The notes under the pieces were generated by a model. That model was not told the DNA's origin. It worked only from the letters and a program-made list of their open reading frames with translations, and did not search any database. A DNA stretch of 44,350 nt from an uncultured bacterium. GTDB taxonomy: Bacteria > Chlamydiota > Chlamydiia > Chlamydiales > SM23-39. The DNA lies in assembly GCA_964450765.1 (NCBI GenBank), contig CAYVDU010000001.1:1-44350 (forward strand), written 5' to 3'. This document shows, piece by piece, positions 26,979-36,588 of this stretch. Numbering within the stretch: position 1 is the stretch's first letter; each line of letters starts with the position of its first letter. The position numbers and the translations under genes are program-made.

Positions 26979-27965
26979 TTAGATGAGGATCTCACCCACC
27001 TCTTCGACCAGTAATGGTTTGGAATGCATATAGCGGGTGGCGTTTCTCTTGACATCGATATCCCGATAAACCCGTTCTACCTGTTGAGGAGTTAAGCCAA
27101 CCTCTTCTGCAGCCTCGGCGGTGGAAACCCCCGCATTTTTTGCGTAAAGACAGAGATCCATTTTGTCGTAGGGAAGGGAGAAATAAAACTCCTCCTGCGA
27201 CTGTGGTAATGAATAGGTATCGGTCGTCGGCGGACGCTGACGAATTTCAGCCGGAACACCCAAATAGGCCGCTAATTGATAGACCTGCGTTTTATAAAGA
27301 TGGGCAATTGGTTTGATGTCGGCCAAACCATCCCCACCTTTCACAAAAAACCCCTGATCGTATTCCAACCGATTTGGCGTTCCCGCTACAACATATTGCA
27401 GCCGGTCTGCATGGTAGTATTCAAAAAATTTTCTGGCGCGCTGCTTCATGTTTGTCGCGGCAACAATTCCAAGATATGACTTTACATTCAAGCGAACCGT
27501 CTGCTGTTCTCCCTTTGGCGATTCAATGACCAAGTGAAAGAAATTAAAACCGTCTTTCTCTAGGATGTTGGCCAAGACGATCTTCGATTTATATCCCTTT
27601 CCATATTCAGGGACTTGAGCCCGGATCGCTTCGTCTCTTCGTTGATAACATCCTGCCGCTTGTAGGAGAGGTCCGATATCTTCAAGGACGCTATCGATGC
27701 CAAGAGAATCGGCCAGAAGGCGGCCGAGCTTTATGCTGTCGTCAGAGGAATCCAGTTCCGGCATGAACAGTCCCAAGACCCGCTCACGCCCCAACGCCTT
27801 GGCGCAAAGGGCGGCAGTCACGCTGCTGTCAATACCGCCTGACAGGCCAACAACCACCCCTCTCCTTTTTAATTTGTGAAACACCTGCTCTCGTAAGATC
27901 TCCTCAATTTCCTGGGAAACCTGAGCGGTATCGATATTTAAAACTTCTTTCGAAAATTTTTTCAT
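26979..27965 (-). CDS. NadE-like PP-loop ATP-pyrophosphatase (NAD+ synthetase family)
   Basis: PP-loop VVVGLSGGIDSSVTAAL, GTPNRLEYDQGFFVKGGDGLADIKPIAHLYKTQVYQLAAYLGVP. I prefer the ATG at 27965 (AGGAG about 10 nt upstream) over the track's GTG at 28028, which lies inside the ligase gene. Confidence 0.8.
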   Translation of the reverse strand: MKKFSKEVLNIDTAQVSQEIEEILREQVFHKLKRRGVVVGLSGGIDSSVTAALCAKALGRERVLGLFMPELDSSDDSIKLGRLLADSLGIDSVLEDIGPLLQAAGCYQRRDEAIRAQVPEYGKGYKSKIVLANILEKDGFNFFHLVIESPKGEQQTVRLNVKSYLGIVAATNMKQRARKFFEYYHADRLQYVVAGTPNRLEYDQGFFVKGGDGLADIKPIAHLYKTQVYQLAAYLGVPAEIRQRPPTTDTYSLPQSQEEFYFSLPYDKMDLCLYAKNAGVSTAEAAEEVGLTPQQVERVYRDIDVKRNATRYMHSKPLLVEEVGEILI

Positions 27966-27978
27966 CGACAGTGTACTC

Positions 27979-29490
27979 CTAATGGGCTGTCCGCACCGGT
28001 ACTTTGAATGCGGCCCGACTGATTTCACGAAGCTCCTGCCTCAAGACCTTGCCGGAGAAAGATTTGGGAAGTTCCTTCACCAGACAAATCGCCTTGGGCC
28101 TTTTATAAGGGGCCAGATGTCGGGCGCAATAAGCAAGCAGTTCCATATCGGTTGGTTGATGGTCTTGTTTTGGGGAAACCACGCCGCAGATCGCCTCTCC
28201 CAAAACTGGGTCATCGACACCGACGACACCAGCTTCTCGGACACCTGGATGACTCAGGAGCACTTCTTCAATTTCAACAGGGCTGATACGGTATGCGCCT
28301 GATTTGATCATCTCACAGTTACGGCCGACGATCGTCAGATATCCCTCTTCATCCATACATCCCATGTCCCCGGTTCGAAGCCACCCACCTTGCAAGACTT
28401 TGGCGGTCGACTCCGGATCTTTCCAGTAGCCTTGCATGATATTTTCTCCGAAGGCATGGATCTCTCCAACCGCACCCGGTTTGGCAGCCTCTCCCCCCTC
28501 TTTTACGATTTTCAGGGTCACGCCCGGGATCGCTCTTCCTGCAGATCTCCCTCTTTGAAGAAGATCCTCAGGAGGCAGGAAGGCTAACCTTGCTGTCGCT
28601 TCGGTTTGACCATACATTAGATAGATTTTTTTCTCGGGAAAAACAGCCCGCAGCCGCTTCAGGAGTTCAGAGGGCATCGGCCCGCCGGCATTCGTCAGGT
28701 AACGCAACGTTGGAAATGGATGGTTTTTAAGATTCGCTTGGTTCAATAGAAGGGCATATGTGGATGCCACGCCGGAGAAACCGCTCACCTGTTCTTTTCC
28801 GATCCTTTCCAGAATGAGGTTTGGATAGACGAAGCTATTTTCAATGACCAGTTTTCCCCCGACAAATAAATGTGTGAGCATGACCGAGTTCCCGTAAGCA
28901 TAGACAAACGGGAGGACTGCCACGATGGAGTCTTCCGGACTCAGCTGAAGATAAGCCAGGATAGAGCGGGTATTTGCGATCAAGTTTTGATGAGAAAGCA
29001 TCACCCCCTTCGGCCGCCCCGTTGAGCCGGAGGTGTAGATGATTTGAGCCAGTTCAACCGGACTTTTTTCCGTCTCACCGTGGAACCGATTTGGGATGAG
29101 CTCATTTTCTCTTAAAATAAATTGCAGACAGGTTGACTTAAAATCGTTGGAAAACCATTGGCGTATGGAGGGAGAGACAATTAAAGCTTTCGCGCCAACA
29201 TGGGAGATCGTCCTCGAAACTTCCGACACGGAAGCCTGTGGATGAAGGGCGATGACACTTCCTCTCCGATTCATCACTGCCAGATAGGCGGCGATATATT
29301 GGGCAGAATTCTCCATCCATAAAAGGGCTCGATCCCCTTCGGAAAATCCCGCTTCAGACAGCTTTATCTCAAGATCGGCGGCACATCCCCCCAAATCGGC
29401 ATAGGTCCAATGGTGTTCTTTATGAACAACAGCCACCCTCTTTGGCCAGCGGTCGATTGTGTGCGCGATGATCTCTTCCAATCTCATCAT
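27979..29490 (-). CDS. AMP-forming acyl-CoA/acyl-ACP ligase, exosortase-locus type
   Basis: 503 aa. AMP-binding motif IYTSGSTGRPKGVMLSH, YGQTEA, GWLRTGDMG, and a C-terminal K in ...LPKSFSGKVLRQEL. Confidence 0.85.
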   Translation of the reverse strand: MMRLEEIIAHTIDRWPKRVAVVHKEHHWTYADLGGCAADLEIKLSEAGFSEGDRALLWMENSAQYIAAYLAVMNRRGSVIALHPQASVSEVSRTISHVGAKALIVSPSIRQWFSNDFKSTCLQFILRENELIPNRFHGETEKSPVELAQIIYTSGSTGRPKGVMLSHQNLIANTRSILAYLQLSPEDSIVAVLPFVYAYGNSVMLTHLFVGGKLVIENSFVYPNLILERIGKEQVSGFSGVASTYALLLNQANLKNHPFPTLRYLTNAGGPMPSELLKRLRAVFPEKKIYLMYGQTEATARLAFLPPEDLLQRGRSAGRAIPGVTLKIVKEGGEAAKPGAVGEIHAFGENIMQGYWKDPESTAKVLQGGWLRTGDMGCMDEEGYLTIVGRNCEMIKSGAYRISPVEIEEVLLSHPGVREAGVVGVDDPVLGEAICGVVSPKQDHQPTDMELLAYCARHLAPYKRPKAICLVKELPKSFSGKVLRQELREISRAAFKVPVRTAH

Positions 29491-29756
29491 GTGGTTCCTG
29501 TGACGACTCCTGATTTTTTCTGAACAAACCGAGTGAGCCGAGAGATAGTATCGAAGTTTTCTGGAAGGATTTCTTCATCATTGACGGTGATACCAAAAAC
29601 CTCCTCAACAAAGGAAACCAGATGGACGACTCCTGTCGAATCGATGATCCCCTTTTCCAAGAAAGACTCTTCGTCGCCTAATGTTTTAGATGTGTCCCCG
29701 AAAAGAAAAGTATCGGTAATGAATGCACACAACCGCTCTTTGATTGAGTTTCCCAA
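29487..29756 (-). CDS. Acyl carrier protein
   Basis: 89 aa. Phosphopantetheine site context GIIDSTGVVHLVSFVEE (Ser40). Shares a 4-nt overlap with the ligase gene. Confidence 0.75.
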   Translation of the reverse strand: MGNSIKERLCAFITDTFLFGDTSKTLGDEESFLEKGIIDSTGVVHLVSFVEEVFGITVNDEEILPENFDTISRLTRFVQKKSGVVTGTT

Positions 29757-29846
29757 AGATATCCCTCCGGTTCTTAATATATGTAAGTATACCTTCTGTT
29801 TTGCGTTTTGAAGCGTGATACGATTTTCCGTTACGTGTATGAAGAG

Positions 29847-31832
29847 CTATTTAAGACTTAAAAACGAATCTCCAGGGAATACGGCATTGAGATCCGGTTT
29901 CTTCTTTTTTATAAACTGCTCGTACAGCAGTTGAACCGACAAAGATCCAACCAGTGCCATCCCATCTTTTATCCCCATTTTTTCTTGACGGCGGCACCGT
30001 GCGAGAAGCCCATTCAGTGGTTTTGTTGAAAAGATGCCGGCATCATCGAGTCGCCCCGGAGAGAAGGCTTCGTCTACATAACCGAATCCTTTCCCATTTG
30101 GGAAAAGAGCGGCCTGGTCCGGAGCACGGTAAGGTTGTTTTTCTCTATTCAGAATCGCAGACGGTAATTTCCCTTCGGCACCCTGGCGTAGAACATGCTT
30201 TTCTCTCAAGCATTTCAACTTGAAATGAGGCGGAATGGTTGCGGCAAATTCGACGACCCGATGATCTAAAAACGGATAACGGCCTTCGACGCCGTGCGCC
30301 ATTGCCATCCGGTCTCCTTGCGAAGCGAGAATATATCCAGGAAGAAGGTAGGCCGATTCGAGATACTGAGCTTGTGAGAGGGGATGCCACGTTGAGAAGG
30401 CCAACGGCAACTCATCTCGAAGCTCGGCGATAGGATCGTATCCCTTCAATGCTTCCTTCATCTTCTCGGAGTAAAGACCTTTTAAGGAAGAAGTTACTCG
30501 CCAGCGAGGAGCGTGGGAATAGAAGGGATCATTCGTTTCTTCCAAGCCCTGACCGAAGAAGGCGGTTAGATATGCGGCGGCTTGTCCCTTCATCTCGGAA
30601 AGATATGGATAAAGGCGCCGCAACAGGAGGGGACGCATCCGAGATTTGGGTGCTTGAGCCCAGAACCGTCGTACCTTCGCTTCCTTAAATATATCATACC
30701 CGGCCAGGACCTCATCCGCCCCCTCCCCGGTGAGAACGACTTTGATTCCTGCTTCGCGGACCCCTTTTGCCAGGAGCATCATCGGAACTGGTGCCGTTCG
30801 AATGATTGGTCTTTCTGTGTGCCAGATCGCTCTCGGGAAAACCTCGCCGATCTGCGTGCTACTGCATCGAAAGGCATGATGTTCTGTGCCAAGATGGCGA
30901 ACAACCATCGATTGAAAGGCGCTCTCATCAAAGTCTTTGGCTTCGAATCCGATCGAAAATGTTTTTAACCGATCATTGATTCGGTGCCTGGAAAGGGCGG
31001 TGATCACGGAAGAGTCGAGCCCTCCACTAAGATATGTGCCGACCGGAACATCGGCGCGAAGGCGAATCTTCACCGCTTCGTCCAAAAGCTGCATCAAAGT
31101 CTCGGTGTACCATTTTTCGGGGTGAGGATGAGACAGTCTGGACTCTTCCATCGAAGGGAACGGAAGGTCCCAGTACTGGTCGATCCGGGTTCCCCTTTCG
31201 CTCACTGTCATTGTGTGACCGGGGGGGAGCTCGTTCACTCCGATGAAACCGGTCCGGGGAGGGATCGGAAACCAAAACGTGAAGACCTGATCGATAGCAA
31301 AGGGATCGATTTCCCTTGGAAGAGTCGGGTCTTCAAAAAGGGCCTTGATCTCCGAACCGAAAAGAAGGCTTCCATTGTGCTCGGTATAAAAGAGCGGCCT
31401 CACTCCCATTCGATCTCTTGCGAGAAGGAGTTCGCGCCGTCTTCCATCCCATAGGGCAAAAGCAAATTGGCCATTGAATTCCCTGACGCAGTTTTCACCC
31501 AGCTCTTCATAAGCATGCACGATTACTTCAGTGTCTGAACCGGTCTTAAAGGTGTGTCCCTTAATGATCAGGGATGATCTGAGTTCATGGTGGTTATAGA
31601 TTTCCCCGTTGAAAACGACCCAGATCGAACCATCCTCATTGCACATTGGTTGATGCCCACCGGAAAGGTCGACGATGCTGAGCCGGGTATGTCCCAACCC
31701 GAGATCATTCGAGAGGTAGGTTCCTGAATCGTCCGGACCGCGATGATCGAGTGTTCCAACCATTCGATCTAAGAGAGCCCGATTTACAGGCACTTTTGAA
31801 ATTATATTCCAAATGCCAGCTATTCCGCACAT
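29847..31832 (-). CDS. Asparagine-synthase-family glutamine amidotransferase (AsnB-like), exosortase-locus type
   Basis: 661 aa. N-terminal nucleophile MCGIAGIW, GHQPM, and PP-loop-like YLSGGLDSSVI in the synthetase domain. Confidence 0.9.
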   Translation of the reverse strand: MCGIAGIWNIISKVPVNRALLDRMVGTLDHRGPDDSGTYLSNDLGLGHTRLSIVDLSGGHQPMCNEDGSIWVVFNGEIYNHHELRSSLIIKGHTFKTGSDTEVIVHAYEELGENCVREFNGQFAFALWDGRRRELLLARDRMGVRPLFYTEHNGSLLFGSEIKALFEDPTLPREIDPFAIDQVFTFWFPIPPRTGFIGVNELPPGHTMTVSERGTRIDQYWDLPFPSMEESRLSHPHPEKWYTETLMQLLDEAVKIRLRADVPVGTYLSGGLDSSVITALSRHRINDRLKTFSIGFEAKDFDESAFQSMVVRHLGTEHHAFRCSSTQIGEVFPRAIWHTERPIIRTAPVPMMLLAKGVREAGIKVVLTGEGADEVLAGYDIFKEAKVRRFWAQAPKSRMRPLLLRRLYPYLSEMKGQAAAYLTAFFGQGLEETNDPFYSHAPRWRVTSSLKGLYSEKMKEALKGYDPIAELRDELPLAFSTWHPLSQAQYLESAYLLPGYILASQGDRMAMAHGVEGRYPFLDHRVVEFAATIPPHFKLKCLREKHVLRQGAEGKLPSAILNREKQPYRAPDQAALFPNGKGFGYVDEAFSPGRLDDAGIFSTKPLNGLLARCRRQEKMGIKDGMALVGSLSVQLLYEQFIKKKKPDLNAVFPGDSFLSLK

Positions 31833-31890
31833 CGCTCTCTCTAGTGATCTAGGGAATGAATACTTTTTTAGTCGATCGACCTGTTACTCA

Positions 31891-32841
31891 TTACGAGTGA
31901 GGACCCGCTCCAACAGTGCAGGATTGATATTCCGTTGCCTTTCCCAAAAGAGGGGCCTGGGTCATTATTTTTTCTTTCAAGGTGCGGAGAGGGGCAAACC
32001 GGAAGTCTTGAAGCAGTTGCCGGAGACGTGGTTCGGTCTTATTAAGATTGACATAATGTCGGAAACGGGACCGAAAACTTCCGTTAATCCGGGGTTGGAT
32101 CGGGTCAATCTCCCATGGGTGGAGGTAAACGTTGGCTGGAATCCCCTCATGATCATTGAGGCGACGGATCGCCCATTGACTATACCGATAGGGGAAGAGA
32201 CGGAAATAGCCTCCCCCTGCGGCCGGTACATTCCACCCCATGATCCGAACCGTTGATAAAGGAAATTCCAGGAGTCGGGCACCATTCGAAAGCGAATGAA
32301 AATAAGGATAACGACGTGCGTTCGGAATGCCATAAAGATCGTGATGGATTGGGAAGATACTCGAATCATATTCGAATCCAATTTTCTGGAGGAAATCGAG
32401 ACACCAGAGGGTTTCACGGATAATCGAATAGCTCGGGGCTCGGTAGCCAATCACTGGGATACCGCTGAGATTTTCTAAAATTTCTTTTGATCGCTGTGTA
32501 TCCTCCTTGAACTCCTCTCGGCTCATTCGATAAATAAGGCGGTGCCGATAGCCGTGAGAGGCGATTTCATGCCCCTCTTTTTGGATGGCGAGCACCAGTT
32601 GAGGATATTTCTCTGCGATCCAGCCGAGAATGAAAAAAGTCGCTTTCACTTGGTAGAAATTTAGAATCTCGATGATTCGCCATGTATTGGCAACCACCCT
32701 ACTCTCATGACGACTCCAATCTTCAAAGCGGATTTGCGGCTCAAAAGCGGCTACTTGATAATAATCTTCAACATCAATCGTCAACGCATTGACAACATCC
32801 AAGGGACCTGGGAGGAGCCGTCTTTCAGGCGCCGGTTTCAA
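31891..32841 (-). CDS. Polysaccharide deacetylase, PEP-CTERM-locus subfamily
   Basis: 316 aa. NALTIDVEDYYQV..., KATFFILGWIAEKYP and IASHGYRH are typical of the deacetylase subfamily seen in exosortase loci. Confidence 0.8.
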   Translation of the reverse strand: MKPAPERRLLPGPLDVVNALTIDVEDYYQVAAFEPQIRFEDWSRHESRVVANTWRIIEILNFYQVKATFFILGWIAEKYPQLVLAIQKEGHEIASHGYRHRLIYRMSREEFKEDTQRSKEILENLSGIPVIGYRAPSYSIIRETLWCLDFLQKIGFEYDSSIFPIHHDLYGIPNARRYPYFHSLSNGARLLEFPLSTVRIMGWNVPAAGGGYFRLFPYRYSQWAIRRLNDHEGIPANVYLHPWEIDPIQPRINGSFRSRFRHYVNLNKTEPRLRQLLQDFRFAPLRTLKEKIMTQAPLLGKATEYQSCTVGAGPHS

Positions 32842-34175
32842 CGGGCTCCCTCCCGGCTAAAAACCACCTTAATGGTTTCGATCACGATTGTCAGATCAAA
32901 AACAGGAGAAAGATGTTTAATATAATAGAGGTCGAATTGAAGTTTTTCGAGGGCATCCTCTTCTGTCGCCCCGTAAGAATACTTTACCTGGGCCCATCCG
33001 GTTAAACCCGGTTTTACGCTGAAACGGAGATCATAATAAGGAATTTTTTTCCGAAGTTGGTCCACAAAAAGTGGTCGTTCCGGTCGGGGTCCCACGAAGC
33101 TCATCTCCCCTTTTAAAACATTGATCATCTGGGGGATTTCATCGAGACGAAGCATCCGCATAATCCTGCCCAGTCGTGTCACGCGAGGGTCATTTTGACT
33201 CGCCCAGACTGGACCGGTTCCACGTTCTGCGTCTTGATGCATCGACCTGAATTTGATCACCATGAAGAGTTTCCCATTTTCTCCAACTCGTTCTTGTCGA
33301 TAGAAAATCGGCCCTCGTGAGTCAAGTTTGATCAATACGCTTAGGGCCAGAAAAACAGGTGATAAAAGGATCAGTCCGGTTGAAGCAAGAAGAAGGTCAA
33401 GAAGATGCTTGGCAAGCCTCATCATGGTTAGTCGGTTGAATCCTTCGCTGAAAATCAAACTACTGGGCCTCAGAAATTTGACAAGGATTTTTCCGGAGAT
33501 CTTCTCGTAGAAGGAGATCCCCTCGACCACCTCTACGCCCTGCACGCGAAGCCGGAGGAGGGCTTCGACGGGAAGCTGCCTTCTTCGATCATCCAGTGCG
33601 ATCACTACCTTACGAATATCATGTTCTTTAAGGATGTTCTCCAGTTTTACCCATTCCTCGCCAAGCTTATCTGGAATATCGGGATTCCATTTAAACTGTG
33701 TCGGAAGGTATCCGAGGCCTTGCTGGTGGGTTAAGGTTTCCACAATAAGCGTCCCAAGCGGACCAGATCCGATGATCAAAATAGGCGTATCCCAATGTTG
33801 TGTAGAGACCAGGGTCTGGTATCCCAGGCGTAGTCCGATGAGCACAACGGGAAAAAGAGCCAAGTAATTCCAAAAGTACCGCGATGCTACAAATTCAGAA
33901 GGTACCAGCAAATAGATCGCAAACAAGATCCCCGCCGCCAGGACGATTGCCCGTAAATGTTTGATCCAAAATTCCTTGAGAGAAAAGCGAGGGAAAGACG
34001 GCCGGAGCTCATTATAGTAGAGAGAAATCTGCACAACCAATGGGACAAGAAGGAGCCCATCCCATCTGATCCCCGTTTTAGTCCACCAGATCAAAAACAG
34101 GAAGATCAGCATGTTTTCAAAAATAAAATAAATGGTATCCCGAATGGGAAAATATCGATTAAAGATTCTGATCAT
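32838..34175 (-). CDS. Priming polyprenyl-phosphate glycosyl-1-phosphate transferase (bacterial sugar transferase, EpsB/WbaP-like)
   Basis: 445 aa. N-terminal TM helices and a Rossmann-like linker. The C-terminal Bac_transf domain carries LLSPVFLALSVLIKLDSRGPIFYRQERVG, DEIPQMINVLKGEMSFVGPRPERP and KPGLTGWAQV. Confidence 0.9.
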   Translation of the reverse strand: MIRIFNRYFPIRDTIYFIFENMLIFLFLIWWTKTGIRWDGLLLVPLVVQISLYYNELRPSFPRFSLKEFWIKHLRAIVLAAGILFAIYLLVPSEFVASRYFWNYLALFPVVLIGLRLGYQTLVSTQHWDTPILIIGSGPLGTLIVETLTHQQGLGYLPTQFKWNPDIPDKLGEEWVKLENILKEHDIRKVVIALDDRRRQLPVEALLRLRVQGVEVVEGISFYEKISGKILVKFLRPSSLIFSEGFNRLTMMRLAKHLLDLLLASTGLILLSPVFLALSVLIKLDSRGPIFYRQERVGENGKLFMVIKFRSMHQDAERGTGPVWASQNDPRVTRLGRIMRMLRLDEIPQMINVLKGEMSFVGPRPERPLFVDQLRKKIPYYDLRFSVKPGLTGWAQVKYSYGATEEDALEKLQFDLYYIKHLSPVFDLTIVIETIKVVFSREGAR

Positions 34176-34210
34176 TTCGCAATACCCATATTATCCCCAT
34201 AAAAGACTCG

Positions 34211-34915
34211 TCAGTAGCCATACTCGTAATACTTCGAAGGCCAATCCATTTTGGCCCGGTTGAGAACGCTCCCAATTACTTTTTCAGGGCCGAGTGATTT
34301 TATTGCCTGGGAAAGGGCTTGCTGAGGAACCTCCCCCGCACCCACAACGAGGATCACCCCGTCAACCGCTTGGGAGATGAGACTCATATCGAAGAGAGGA
34401 AGAATCGGCGGCCCATCGACCCAAATGTAATCGAACCAGCTTCGCACCTCATTCAAGAGCTCTGGAACTTTCCCCGATGTCCAAACATTGTCCCCTCTTT
34501 TAAGGGAGCGTCCCATTGGAAGAACAGCCACATTCTCGACCGGACCTTTCTTCAATGCATTGCCAAGTTGTAGTTTTCCATCCACTACTTCGACCAGGCC
34601 GGACTCGTTTGCCATCTTGAAGCGTTTTGCCAGTGCCGGGTGGTTGTAGTCACCGTCGATGATGAGACATCTCTTACCAAAGTCTCTTCCGCATACAACC
34701 GCCAGATTTGCGGCCGTGGTCGTTTTGCCTTCTCCTTTGATCGAGCTCGTGAAGGCGATGATCTTCTTTTGTGGTGTCCGGCAGATCTGGTCAACCTTCG
34801 TGAACAGCATCCTGTAGCGGTCGGAGGAAACCGAGTCTCTCCGGGAGAGTGTGACCAGTTCATCTCCTCCCTGAAAGTCAGGAATGATTCGCTTCGTCAT
34901 CTGTTTCCCCATCAT
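34211..34915 (-). CDS. BY-kinase-type tyrosine autokinase (cytoplasmic ATPase subunit)
   Basis: 234 aa. Walker A SSIKGEGKTTTAANLA, A' LIIDGDYNHP, B IWVDGPPILP, and a C-terminal Tyr cluster SKYYEYGY. Alternative start at 34900 (GGGGA upstream). Overlaps the 3' end of the Wzz-like gene. Confidence 0.85.
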   Translation of the reverse strand: MMGKQMTKRIIPDFQGGDELVTLSRRDSVSSDRYRMLFTKVDQICRTPQKKIIAFTSSIKGEGKTTTAANLAVVCGRDFGKRCLIIDGDYNHPALAKRFKMANESGLVEVVDGKLQLGNALKKGPVENVAVLPMGRSLKRGDNVWTSGKVPELLNEVRSWFDYIWVDGPPILPLFDMSLISQAVDGVILVVGAGEVPQQALSQAIKSLGPEKVIGSVLNRAKMDWPSKYYEYGY

Positions 34916-36512
34916 GGACCATCGTCCTACTTATTTTTTTTTCGGAAAATCGCCACTCTTCATCAAAGTCCGGAATAGAGGCGAGTACTGGTACTGAGGT
35001 AATTCGTTCGACCTCATCCGGTTTCCGGATCGACCCGTCCAGGCGCTCTCTTACAAAAGCCAGTGCAAGGCCGACCCCCAGTCCTCCGACCAAGCCCCCA
35101 AGACCTATCTTCATCGGATCTGGTTTGAACGGTTTTTCTGGAAGGTTGGCCGGATCAAGAATTCGGAACTGCTCCCCCTTCTGTTTCTTTTCGAGGTTCT
35201 CTGAAATTTTAGCATTGAGTTTTTTGTCGTGAAGGCTTTGGTAATTTTTCTTTGTATTCTCATAATCGCGTTCTAGAACGGCTAATTCCTGCTCGCGTGA
35301 GGGGGCGGTTTCTACACGACGCTCATAGACCTGAATTTGCCGTTGAAGGTCTCGTTCCCGTTCGCTCAACCGCTTTGATTCTGCTTCCACTTCTTGAATT
35401 TGACTTTTCAGATCGGACAGACGCCTCTGTTCCAGGTCTAAATCGAGGGGAGGTCTCGCAAGCGCATCCCCCCTGTGATCGGGAGCAGCCAACCCGCCCC
35501 CTTCTGGTGGGGGAGGCGCTTCAGTTATTTGTCCTTCGACAAGCCGACTCTCCAGTTTTTCAATTTCCTGTCGAAGCATCACCACATCTGGGTAGTTTTC
35601 TTTATATTCCCCCAAGAGATTTGCAAGATCTCTTTTTCGCTCGTTCAACAACAGCATGAGAGCCGAACGGGAGCGCGACTCTTGGGAGTGATTCGTCAGG
35701 GGCTGCCCTGGAGTGGTTCCGATTGGTCCCCTCCCCGTCAGTGTTATTTCATCCATTTGTTGTTGTGTCATTTGAATGGTCTTTTCGAATATTGTTTTCC
35801 GGTCTTGGGCCGCTCGTTTCGCCAATTGGGTCCCGAGCAACTCCGACTGCATCCGATCGAGCGAGCGGAGGTTCGCCTCCAATTGTTGTGGCAGTTCGCC
35901 CATATAAGCCCGCTTGAATTGGCCGATCTGCGCCTCCTGACGTTCCAAGGTTTCTTTAAGAGTGGTCAGTTCGTTATCCAAAAACTCGGTCGTCCCCTCG
36001 ACCATTTGCTCGCGAATTTTCAGGTTTTCCTCGATAAAGAGGGAGGCCAGTTCGTTTGTCACATTCATTACGGTTAAGGGGTTTTTCCCCTGGAAAGAAA
36101 GCGAAAACGCCTCGACGTTATTGTTCCTCGCCGTGGTTGTTTTTACTTCGATGTTATTCCGCATTAAGCCGACGACTTCTTCACTCGTCATTTCTTTTGA
36201 TCCGTCGGAATAAAGGCCGAACTTCCGAATGATTTTTTCGAGAAGGGAACGGCTCATGATCTGTTGTTGTATCGTTGAGAGACGTCCTTCAACCGTCCCC
36301 GTCACAGCCGATTTGACATATTCTTCCGGAACTGTTTGGGCTTCAACCAGAATAAGAGTGGTTGACCTGTAAGTCTTCGGGAGCTTCAAAATGAGTGCAA
36401 TTGAAACCAGAATTCCAATGACGAGTGGGATGATGATCCAAAACTTTCGGCGCCATGCCATCGTCAAATATTCAAAGAAAAGTGTCTGGAACTCTCTATT
36501 CTCTTGGTCCAT
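34878..36512 (-). CDS. Polysaccharide chain-length determinant (Wzz/GumC-like, PEP-CTERM-locus type)
   Basis: 544 aa. N-terminal TM (FWIIIPLVIGILVSIALIL), a long coiled-coil periplasmic region with a Pro/Gly-rich insert (EAPPPPEGGG), and a C-terminal TM (GLGGLVGGLGVGLALAF). Confidence 0.8.
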   Translation of the reverse strand: MDQENREFQTLFFEYLTMAWRRKFWIIIPLVIGILVSIALILKLPKTYRSTTLILVEAQTVPEEYVKSAVTGTVEGRLSTIQQQIMSRSLLEKIIRKFGLYSDGSKEMTSEEVVGLMRNNIEVKTTTARNNNVEAFSLSFQGKNPLTVMNVTNELASLFIEENLKIREQMVEGTTEFLDNELTTLKETLERQEAQIGQFKRAYMGELPQQLEANLRSLDRMQSELLGTQLAKRAAQDRKTIFEKTIQMTQQQMDEITLTGRGPIGTTPGQPLTNHSQESRSRSALMLLLNERKRDLANLLGEYKENYPDVVMLRQEIEKLESRLVEGQITEAPPPPEGGGLAAPDHRGDALARPPLDLDLEQRRLSDLKSQIQEVEAESKRLSERERDLQRQIQVYERRVETAPSREQELAVLERDYENTKKNYQSLHDKKLNAKISENLEKKQKGEQFRILDPANLPEKPFKPDPMKIGLGGLVGGLGVGLALAFVRERLDGSIRKPDEVERITSVPVLASIPDFDEEWRFSEKKISRTMVHDGETDDEANHS

Positions 36513-36558
36513 TTCCCCTGGTGTCCTCTCTTAAATCTTCTCGGTGGTATGTCTAAGA

Positions 36559-36588
36559 ATTGTAAAAATCTCGAATCCGGTTTGTAAA
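36559..36588 (-). promoter_or_regulatory. Candidate sigma70-type promoter for the EPS operon (TTTACA-N18-TACAAT)
   Basis: The minus strand reads TTTACA (36583..36588), an 18-nt spacer, then TACAAT (36559..36564), about 45 nt upstream of the ATG at 36512. Pattern match only. Confidence 0.3.

Noticed and set aside
2925-34942. A/T homopolymers of 8-9 nt inside CDSs, for example T9 at 2925..2933, A9 at 14513..14521, A8 at 17152..17159 and T9 at 34934..34942.
   Set aside because: They encode Lys or Phe runs in low-GC genes, where such tracts are compositionally expected. They are much weaker phase-variation candidates than the G10 tract.
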